From the NCBI GenBank assembly GCA_016180085.1, contig JACPBX010000032.1:1-22744 (forward strand): DNA of 22,744 nucleotides, written 5' to 3'. This stretch comes from Candidatus Woesearchaeota archaeon. Lineage in GTDB: Archaea > Nanobdellota > Nanobdellia > Woesearchaeales > UBA10216. Both the position numbers and the translations under genes were made by a program. The notes beneath the pieces were generated by a model. The model did not search any database. It saw only the letters and a program-made list of their open reading frames with translations, and had not been told where the DNA came from. Below are positions 1-6,998 of the stretch, piece after piece (the stretch's first letter is position 1; every line of letters begins with the position of its first letter).

Positions 1-2
1 GC

Positions 3-92
3 ATACTGAAAACGCTCAAAAGCAAGCTCAAGCTTACACCGATAGGGCAAAGGCAACTGGAATGGCAAACAGAACGGAAGGAAAAATACTGA
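3..92 (+). CDS. Possible 3' end of an upstream gene running in from the window edge (ILKTLKSKLKLTPIGQRQLEWQTERKEKY*), perhaps a Hef/FANCM-type helicase
   Basis: Frame 3 is open from base 3 to TGA at 90-92 and overlaps the ERCC4 ORF start by 31 nt. Only 29 codons are visible, and frame 2 is also open to the edge, so the assignment is weak. Confidence 0.3.
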   Translation: MLKTLKSKLKLTPIGQRQLEWQTERKEKY

Positions 93-727
93 TATTAGCT
101 GACGTAAGGGAAAAGCATTCCGGCGTGGTCAAAGCGCTTTACGATGAAGGCGCGCTGATAGAGCTCAAAGCCCTTCCGATCGGGGACTTCCTTTGCAGCA
201 GCAGGGTGGCTGTTGAGCTAAAACGCCCAGGGGACTTTGTAAATTCAATAATAGACGGGAGGCTGCTTCAGCAGCTAAGGGAGCTCAAGGAGAACTTTGA
301 GAAGCCCGTGCTTATGATAGAAGGGAACGAGGAACAGGACCTGTACTCAATAAGAAACGTCCATCCAAACGCCATAAGGGGAATGCTGGCAGCAATAGCG
401 GTAAGCTACGGGATACCGATAATCCACTCAAAAAATCCGAAAGACACGGCAGGGCTTCTTGTTGCAATAGCAAAAAGGGAAAAAGACTCTGATGCCCCGC
501 AGCCATCGCTGCATCCCCAAAAGCCAGTAACGCTCTCGCAGCAGCAGGAATACGTCATAGCCTCCCTGCCGGGGATAGAAACAAAGCTTGCGAAGTCGCT
601 GCTGCAAAAGTTCGGCTCTGTAACTGAAATAATGAACGCGAGCGAGGAACAGCTCCAGAAGGTTGAGCTGATAGGGCCAAAGAAGGCCGCGGAGATAAGG
701 AAAGTTATTGAAGCAGAATACAGGTGA
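62..727 (+). CDS. ERCC4/XPF-family structure-specific nuclease with C-terminal HhH2 domain (nuclease part of Hef)
   Basis: Motifs D.RE, GDF...VELK...DF..SI.DGRL..Q...L, LMIEG, and HhH segments SLPGIETKLAKSLLQKFGS and KVELIGPKKA. The canonical ERK motif reads ELK here. Confidence 0.9.
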   Translation: MANRTEGKILILADVREKHSGVVKALYDEGALIELKALPIGDFLCSSRVAVELKRPGDFVNSIIDGRLLQQLRELKENFEKPVLMIEGNEEQDLYSIRNVHPNAIRGMLAAIAVSYGIPIIHSKNPKDTAGLLVAIAKREKDSDAPQPSLHPQKPVTLSQQQEYVIASLPGIETKLAKSLLQKFGSVTEIMNASEEQLQKVELIGPKKAAEIRKVIEAEYR

Positions 728-733
728 AAAGCG

Positions 734-1333
734 GTGTTGTATTACCTAAAGCCGGCTTTCAGGAGGTTTTTGAGTCCTCTTAAGATGACATTAATTAAGC
801 TTCATGCAAGCCCAAATACTGTAACGTATGCCGGCTTTTTTGTATCGGTTGTTATTAGCATTATCCTTTACGAGTCAAAAAACAGCAATGCGTTACTGCT
901 GCTAATACCAGTGCTTTCATTTGCAAAACTGGCCTTGAATGCCTTGGATGGAATGTTGGCTGAAGCGTACGGATCTGCAACAAAGTTCGGAGGGGTTCTC
1001 AACGAATTTTTCGACAGGCTCTCCGACACGGCAATATTTGTGGGGCTCTCGCTAATGGAAGGCGTAAAAACTGAGCTGGGCCTAATTGCAGCTTTGACAG
1101 TCCTTTTGACAAGCTACACAGGCATTGTTGGGAAAGCTTTTGGCGGTAGCAGAAAGCATAGCGGGATAATGGGAAAGACTGAAAGGATGGCTTTCCTGGC
1201 AACAACAGCGTTGATAGTCTACTTTACGAAAATGCCTGATTTGTGGAATTACCTCCTCTACTTTATAATAGCTGGCTGCACAATAACAATCGGGTTGAGA
1301 TTTTACGCTATAAGGAGAGAACTTTCAAAATGA
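734..1333 (+). CDS. CDP-alcohol phosphatidyltransferase, YnbA-like subfamily
   Basis: NALDGMLAE...G..LNE..DRLSD variant of the CDP-alcohol phosphotransferase motif; N-terminal Y.LKP.F...L.P and PN.VT; hydrophobic. GTG start. Confidence 0.88.
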   Translation: MLYYLKPAFRRFLSPLKMTLIKLHASPNTVTYAGFFVSVVISIILYESKNSNALLLLIPVLSFAKLALNALDGMLAEAYGSATKFGGVLNEFFDRLSDTAIFVGLSLMEGVKTELGLIAALTVLLTSYTGIVGKAFGGSRKHSGIMGKTERMAFLATTALIVYFTKMPDLWNYLLYFIIAGCTITIGLRFYAIRRELSK

Positions 1334-2262
1334 CGATTCAGTTCCATGGTCTTTGGCAACCTTTTATTTTGCGGGAAGCAGTTCAATATTTCATTGGAGT
1401 TTTCGTTATCTTTACAATAGGACTCTTTGGAATTTTGCTAGTGCGAAAAGGAAAAACAAGGACAAATCTATTTGAGATATACCGCACGTGGATAATAATG
1501 GCCATAGTTTATTCTGCTTCAATAATGCTTGGCAAACTGGTTTTTTTTGCTTTACTCGTCGTTATAGCTTCGAGAGGCGTGTCAGAATTCTTCCTCGCAG
1601 CGAGAATAGGGAAAAGCTATTTCGTTCTGACGCTAATCGCAGCCGTCGCGTCCATGGTTACAGCGCTATCATCAGAAAGGCTATTCTTTTACACACCAAT
1701 AATCTTTTTTTTAGCTGCGGTTGCATTGTCAATATTCGCATTTGATGCGAAAAAACAGCTAGGCAATGCTGCGTTAGCATTGTTTGCATTTATGTGGCTT
1801 CCATTTCAGCTTGGCTTTCTACTCATATTGACAAAGAATAGCCAGTGGCAGGCAATTCTTCTCGCTACAGCAACAGCCATAGCGCTAAATGACGTCTTTT
1901 CTTACGTTACAGGCAAACTTATGAGCTCCATTGGAATAAATCAGGGAAAAATAGCTGGAAAGATTAGCACAAATAAAACGTGGCTGGGAGCTGCGGGAGG
2001 ATTTTTGGGTGCTTTACTGGGACTGCTTATAATGGCTCTGTTGCTCCTTGACCTGTCCTTGGCAAAAATATTCGCCATAGCTGCCTCAATAGCCGTGTTT
2101 TGCAACATAGGCGGCTTTGTCAACTCGTTTGTTAAAAGAAATTTAGGAATAAAAGACTTTCCGAAGCTTCTGCCTGGCCATGGGGGAATTATAGACAGGA
2201 TTGACAGCCTCGCCACAACGGCCGTGTGCCTTTACTTTTTGCAACTTGCAGGAATACTTTAG
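1330..2262 (+). CDS. Phosphatidate cytidylyltransferase (CdsA/YnbB-like, CTP_transf_1)
   Basis: ND...Y..GK, IS.NKTW.G..GG, S.VKR.LGIKD...LLPGHGGIIDRIDSL. Start moved from 1243 to ATG 1330, which overlaps the upstream TGA (ATGA coupling). Confidence 0.9.
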   Translation: MTIQFHGLWQPFILREAVQYFIGVFVIFTIGLFGILLVRKGKTRTNLFEIYRTWIIMAIVYSASIMLGKLVFFALLVVIASRGVSEFFLAARIGKSYFVLTLIAAVASMVTALSSERLFFYTPIIFFLAAVALSIFAFDAKKQLGNAALALFAFMWLPFQLGFLLILTKNSQWQAILLATATAIALNDVFSYVTGKLMSSIGINQGKIAGKISTNKTWLGAAGGFLGALLGLLIMALLLLDLSLAKIFAIAASIAVFCNIGGFVNSFVKRNLGIKDFPKLLPGHGGIIDRIDSLATTAVCLYFLQLAGIL

Positions 2263-2269
2263 AGACCCA

Positions 2270-2629
2270 TTATACATCAAGAAGGGCTACAGCAATGGCG
2301 TAATCTCCTTCATGGGCAATACTGCACTCGCACAGCCTTACCTTATGCGTTAACTTATTTAAGACTTTAATAACAGGCTTTCCGTGATTATTTTTCAAAA
2401 TCCTGACATGATGCCAGGCAATTTTGCTGCCATAGGCTTTGACAAAAGCCTCCTTGACGGCAAAAAACCCTGCAAGGCTTTCATACCTTCTTACAGGGCC
2501 TTTACTGCCAAATTGCAGAAGCTCTTCCTCTGCAAAAAGCACATTGATCGAGGCAGGTGTTCTGGAAAGAACTTTTTGAAAGCGAGAGATATTGACCAGG
2601 TCAATACCAATTTTCAGCAAACAAAGCAC
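2270..2629 (-). CDS. acpS: Holo-[acyl-carrier-protein] synthase (AcpS-type phosphopantetheinyl transferase)
   Basis: IGIDLV..RF, LAG.FAVKEAFVKA, HGKP, SIAHEGDYAIAV. The true start may be TTG at 2620, 6 nt after GAGGTG. Confidence 0.92.
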   Translation of the reverse strand: MLCLLKIGIDLVNISRFQKVLSRTPASINVLFAEEELLQFGSKGPVRRYESLAGFFAVKEAFVKAYGSKIAWHHVRILKNNHGKPVIKVLNKLTHKVRLCECSIAHEGDYAIAVALLDV

Positions 2630-2638
2630 CTCACAAAA

Positions 2639-3055
2639 CTATCTAAGCCTGAGCACTTCCATTAAGTCAATAAGCTGAGTTGGAGGACTTATAGTAATTG
2701 CTAGCAGAACCATTATTGGAGTAAGCAGGAGGTACCAGCAAAGGAAATACATAAAGAGCCTTCTGGGCCTGCTTTTTATAAGGGCCACTTTCCTCATGTA
2801 AAACAATGCCCAGACCCAAACCGGGAATGCAATCATTATCAGGGCATGCGCCATGTTAATAGGCCCCAAAATCGGGGTTAGGAATAAAAGATTGCCACTG
2901 TTAACGGCAAAATAGCCAAGCCAAGGGAACAGCTTTACCATAAATGCCAAAACAAACATGCGCTTGGATTCACCAGCATAATTTGGTTTGGGTGCAGTCT
3001 TAATTTCACTCAGTTTTGCTTCTGATTTCTTCCTAATCTGTTTTTGCTTTTTCAT
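2639..3055 (-). CDS. Uncharacterised membrane protein, paralogous to the C-terminal domain of the 3065-3895 product
   Basis: Basic N-tail followed by about 3 hydrophobic segments; tightly spaced within the minus-strand run (9-nt gaps). Confidence 0.75.
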   Translation of the reverse strand: MKKQKQIRKKSEAKLSEIKTAPKPNYAGESKRMFVLAFMVKLFPWLGYFAVNSGNLLFLTPILGPINMAHALIMIAFPVWVWALFYMRKVALIKSRPRRLFMYFLCWYLLLTPIMVLLAITISPPTQLIDLMEVLRLR

Positions 3056-3064
3056 TCACAAACC

Positions 3065-3895
3065 TCAGATGCTAAATTGTGGACCGAATTTAAGCGCGAC
3101 AATTACCATTGGAGGCGTTAGCACAAGATACCAGCAGACAAAATAAAGAGCTTTCCTGGCTGCCGCATTTTTGATTTTATGAATAAAGGGCAGGGCTATG
3201 GCGGCCGATATCCATACGGGAAAAGCTCCGGTTATAAGAAGGTGAAGCATATTTAAGGGAAAAAGGAACGGCATTTGGATAATCCAGAAAAAGAATGGAA
3301 ACAGCTTTATGCCAAAAGCCAAGACAAGCATAGAAAAGCTTTCAGAGCCGGAAGCTTCTGGAGCTGGCAGCGACAAAGAAACTTCCTTCTTGTCAAGTCC
3401 GTGCTGAACTGCTTTTTGGCTGTAAAAGTCCAACCTTTTTGAAAATTCTTGGGAAGACATTGCGGGAGAGCCTTGAGAAGGGAAAGGGTTTGTAACTTCC
3501 GAGAAGAACTCATTAACAGAGTTAGTACGTGAAGAGAATGCCAGGATGATTGAAGAAGCAAGCAGCAGAAAGCCTAGAATAATTTGAACGGGTCCAAGAA
3601 AAATCAGCTGGCCATAATACCCGCTGAAGTAGTGCCCTGCCGCAGAGTAGAAAAGGAAAACCATTGAAAAAAGGATAGAAAGTATATAACCAAACTTTTG
3701 GTTTTTAATTATTAGGAAAAGGGGAATAACCCACAGCACCGGTGAAAGGGCACGCATTAAGTGTATGCCGCTCAATGAAGGGCCGCTGCTAAGCTGGAGG
3801 TAAATCTGAGGCAGGAAAAGCAGCAACCTGAGCAGGATGAACATTACAAATAGCTTGTTTAAAAGATTTAGCAATGGCTTATCATCCTCGCCCAT
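3065..3895 (-). CDS. Uncharacterised two-domain polytopic membrane protein
   Basis: About 4 N-terminal TM segments, a soluble linker, then a C-terminal ~88-aa domain alignable to the 2639-3055 product. Confidence 0.75.
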   Translation of the reverse strand: MGEDDKPLLNLLNKLFVMFILLRLLLFLPQIYLQLSSGPSLSGIHLMRALSPVLWVIPLFLIIKNQKFGYILSILFSMVFLFYSAAGHYFSGYYGQLIFLGPVQIILGFLLLASSIILAFSSRTNSVNEFFSEVTNPFPSQGSPAMSSQEFSKRLDFYSQKAVQHGLDKKEVSLSLPAPEASGSESFSMLVLAFGIKLFPFFFWIIQMPFLFPLNMLHLLITGAFPVWISAAIALPFIHKIKNAAARKALYFVCWYLVLTPPMVIVALKFGPQFSI

Positions 3896-3907
3896 CTTGA
3901 TTTACTC

Positions 3908-4675
3908 TCAAATAAGGAATTTAAAAAACTTTGCAAAACTGACCGCTTCCAGAGAGCTGGAAGGAACAAGTGAGGAAACCTCAAAAAGGATATAAGCAAA
4001 AAATGCCATGTAAACAAAAATCAGCAACAGGTAAGTCAGAGGGCGATGATAAAGCTTGCCAAGCAAACCAAAAAGAAACCACCCTATTGAATAGAAGACG
4101 GCATAAAACACCAGAAGCCTGAAAAGCCTCACTACCAGAGATATCAGAAGAAAAATCGGCAGATTGAGGTGTTTCTGACCGGCTGTGTAGGCAAAGACCT
4201 TGAAAGGCACATTAGTGAATGGGTGGTTCACGGTTTGCCAAGCATCCTTGCTAGCGTAGAGTTTATCAGTATATTCTATCATAGGACTAGTTATAAAAGG
4301 GGATGATGAAAGAATATTTGTTGCTGCTACAGGAGATATATGACCAACGGAGTATGCTATAAAACCGCCTACAAGCGTGCCAAGAACAACAAACAGAGGA
4401 AGCTTAAAGTTGATACGCCTGGGAATAAAAACGGCTGCAAAAATAACCAAGAAATCAGGGAAAACATACCAGTACACTGCTTCGGCTGCGGCCCACACTG
4501 AAACGAAAACAGCGCCATCCCTTGATTTGAAAAAAGAGTTAAAGAAAGAAGGACTGATACCTGCCAGCTGATGTAACCCTTTAATTTTTTTAGTTATAAG
4601 TGCAAACGAGAGGAAAAGCAAAGTAACTGGCAAGACAACCAGGACTATCGCGAGTAAGAGACTTGGCACGTTCAT
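3908..4675 (-). CDS. DedA/YqaA (VTT, SNARE-associated) family membrane protein
   Basis: WAAAEA..W.V.PD, LGTLVGGFIAY.VG, PF..VPFKVF...AG, F...S...R.FR pattern. Its ATG overlaps the upstream TGA (4672-4675). Confidence 0.75.
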   Translation of the reverse strand: MNVPSLLLAIVLVVLPVTLLFLSFALITKKIKGLHQLAGISPSFFNSFFKSRDGAVFVSVWAAAEAVYWYVFPDFLVIFAAVFIPRRINFKLPLFVVLGTLVGGFIAYSVGHISPVAATNILSSSPFITSPMIEYTDKLYASKDAWQTVNHPFTNVPFKVFAYTAGQKHLNLPIFLLISLVVRLFRLLVFYAVFYSIGWFLFGLLGKLYHRPLTYLLLIFVYMAFFAYILFEVSSLVPSSSLEAVSFAKFFKFLI

Positions 4676-5556
4676 AGCGACCTTACCACTTTTTCAATTT
4701 CATTAGTAATTCTCCTGTAATCAGAGCGATTGCCAAAAATAACAGGCTTGCCGAAGGTTACTGACACAACCCCATATTTTGGCATCACACTCCCCTTAGG
4801 CAATATTGAGTCTGTCCCTCGAATCCTGACTGGAACCACAGCAACATTCAACTTGGAAACTAGAAAGCCTATACCAGGCTTAAACCTTTGAATTTTCCCA
4901 TTCTGACTACGGCTGCCTTCAGGGTAAAATAAAACGTGCCATCCTTCATTAATGAGCTTTGCTGTCCGATGCAGGCTTGTGTAAGAATTTTTCCGTGAGA
5001 AAGGGTACGCGTTCACTAATAGGGAAATAAATGAACCAAAAAAGGGGTTTCTGTACATGTAATCCTCAGCTGCAGCTACTGCCGTTCTTTTCCGAAAACT
5101 GCCGGGCAGGCTTGCAAGAATGGCTACCGTGTCAAGGTGGCTTGAATGGTTGGCAACAAAAATAACAGGTTGGCCTTTTGGAATAATCTGGAGAGCTTCT
5201 TTGTTAGTTGTGAGAACTTTCATTAAAAATCCAGCCAAAAAGAAAACGGTCCTTTGCAGGATAAAGCGGGCTGGTAATGCCATTGAACTGTGACACCACG
5301 CCCACACATACCGTTCTTTTTGCTTGCTACCAAATGGCAACTCCAAAAGCCGGGCAAGATCTCCAACTGAGGTGAATTTATTAATACGCCTCTCATCTAT
5401 CAAATTCCCAAATTCCTGCTCAATCCGGGCAACAAGCTCAATCCTATGCAGGGAATCCATTCCTAAATCGTTAACAAGAGAAGCTCTAGACTTGATTCTC
5501 CTGGCAGGAACTTCAAGAATCTGGGTCAAGATTCTACGCAATCTTCTGTTCTGCAT
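4672..5556 (-). CDS. Fusion of acyl carrier protein (N-terminal) and PlsC-like lysophospholipid acyltransferase (C-terminal)
   Basis: ACP motif LGMDSL...EL...IEQEFG with the phosphopantetheine Ser; acyltransferase blocks NHSSHLD, PFSR, YPEGSRS, FKPG, VPV.I.G. Confidence 0.92.
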   Translation of the reverse strand: MQNRRLRRILTQILEVPARRIKSRASLVNDLGMDSLHRIELVARIEQEFGNLIDERRINKFTSVGDLARLLELPFGSKQKERYVWAWCHSSMALPARFILQRTVFFLAGFLMKVLTTNKEALQIIPKGQPVIFVANHSSHLDTVAILASLPGSFRKRTAVAAAEDYMYRNPFFGSFISLLVNAYPFSRKNSYTSLHRTAKLINEGWHVLFYPEGSRSQNGKIQRFKPGIGFLVSKLNVAVVPVRIRGTDSILPKGSVMPKYGVVSVTFGKPVIFGNRSDYRRITNEIEKVVRSL

Positions 5557-5586
5557 TTTAATAAGGAAATAGCAAGTTTTAATTAG

Positions 5587-5600
5587 TTTATATATTTAAC
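5587..5600. promoter_or_regulatory. Candidate bidirectional TATA region between the ACP-acyltransferase operon and the NlpC/P60 pair
   Basis: TTTATATATTTAAC lies in a 63-nt AT-rich gap, about 20-30 nt from both start codons (5556 and 5620). Confidence 0.55.
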
Positions 5601-5619
5601 ACTACAATAGAAACAAAAA

Positions 5620-6204
5620 ATGGGTGACCTGGGCAGTTTAGTGAAAAAACTGGTGGAAGGAGATATACTTGTGGTGAGTGAGAGAGGGCTGAAGCACGCC
5701 GTAAACAGGTTTTTTGGCAGGAGCAAGTGGCACCACGTAATGCTATACATAGGCAAAGGCAAAGTCCTCGAGGTAACTCCGAGGAAAGGCTGCCACATAT
5801 CAAAGCTGGACCTGGCAAGGGGCAGCTACAAGGCATACAAGGCTGTAAGATGCAGGAAGCTTGCTGCTGAAACAAGGAGGAAAATAGCTGCGGCAGCAGT
5901 TAAACTGTTCCTGGGCAAAAAGTTCGACTGGAAACAACTGGTTAAAGTCTTTTCCAGAAGACTCTTGGACTGGAAAGGCAATAAAAGCCGTGTGGAGAAG
6001 CACGGATACGGAAACGATATTAAAGGCCTTATCTGCTCAAACCTTGTTGCAATAACATACCACATGACAGGCCATGCCATTGGCAGCAAGTGGGCACCGG
6101 AGTACATAATGCCAAGGGACTACGACATGCTGGGAACGGCTGGCGGGTTTGAAGTGGTGTTTGAAAGAAGGCTGGAAAGCGGAAGGGGCAAAAATGCGGC
6201 TTAG
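5620..6204 (+). CDS. Permuted papain-like NlpC/P60 enzyme (YiiX/YebB-like), copy 1
   Basis: GDILVV...SKWHHVMLYIG (His) precedes LICSNLV (Cys), the permuted His-then-Cys order; G..FDW; ends P.DY. Confidence 0.82.
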   Translation: MGDLGSLVKKLVEGDILVVSERGLKHAVNRFFGRSKWHHVMLYIGKGKVLEVTPRKGCHISKLDLARGSYKAYKAVRCRKLAAETRRKIAAAAVKLFLGKKFDWKQLVKVFSRRLLDWKGNKSRVEKHGYGNDIKGLICSNLVAITYHMTGHAIGSKWAPEYIMPRDYDMLGTAGGFEVVFERRLESGRGKNAA

Positions 6205-6784
6205 ACCTGAAATGAAAAGGCTGAGAGACGCCCACAACATCCTCAAAAGGCTTCGGGAAGCAGACATCATCCTCGTAAGCGAGAAAGGGCTGCTACATGA
6301 CATCAACAGGATGCTGCAAAGGAGCAAGTGGCACCACGTAATGCTATATATCGGGAATGGCCGCACAATCGAAGCCACCCCGAAAAAAGGCGCCCACATA
6401 TGCGACCTCATGTATGACCTGACAGAAAAGGAATACTTTGCCTACAAAGTCCTAAGGAATAAAAGGCTCACCAAAGCGCAAAGAAAGAAAGTGGTCAGCA
6501 TGGCACTGAAATTCTTTCTTGGCAAAAAGTTCTCCTGGGGGCAATACGCCAGAATCGTGCTTGGAAGGACGCTGCACTGGAGAAACGAGGGAAACAAAAG
6601 CCTCGTATGCAAACCTGGGCACAGGTGCAGCATGGAAAACGTGGCATGCTCCAACATGGTGGCAATGGCATATTACGAGGCTGGCCTGCCTGTAACCGAG
6701 CGCTACATGCCCGAGTACGTTGTGCCAAAGGACTATGAAACGTCAAAGGCGCTTTCCGTAGTTTCTGAAGGCAGAATAAAATGA
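6194..6784 (+). CDS. Permuted papain-like NlpC/P60 enzyme (YiiX/YebB-like), copy 2
   Basis: ADIILV...SKWHHVMLYIG, LGKKFSW, ACSNMVAMAY...G, VPKDY. Start moved from 6149 to ATG 6194, overlapping the end of copy 1. Confidence 0.82.
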   Translation: MRLRPEMKRLRDAHNILKRLREADIILVSEKGLLHDINRMLQRSKWHHVMLYIGNGRTIEATPKKGAHICDLMYDLTEKEYFAYKVLRNKRLTKAQRKKVVSMALKFFLGKKFSWGQYARIVLGRTLHWRNEGNKSLVCKPGHRCSMENVACSNMVAMAYYEAGLPVTERYMPEYVVPKDYETSKALSVVSEGRIK

Positions 6785-6998
6785 TGCAGAACTATCAGAA
6801 ACAGATTGATGAACTGTTGAAGCAGTACAGCTGATAAAGGTTTTAAAAATGGCACAAATAAGATTCTAAGCACTACAACCAAAGAGTTTACTGTGAGCTA
6901 AACTTTAATTAGAATTTCATACTCCTAATGCAAAACAGTTCAAGGTTGTGGTTCAGAGGAGGCTACTCTGAAAACTTCGCCACACCCATACTTATTTA

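Noticed and set aside
2590-2606. Palindrome TATTGACC-A-GGTCAATA sharing the TGACC/GGTCA arms of the 23-nt family
   Set aside because: It lies inside acpS and encodes the conserved GIDLVN motif; the spacer is 1 nt instead of 13, so it is probably coincidental.
6781-6834. 17-codon ORF MMQNYQKQIDELLKQYS overlapping the stop of NlpC/P60 copy 2
   Set aside because: Too short to support and has no motif; it may be a remnant or chance, although the ATGA overlap is noted.
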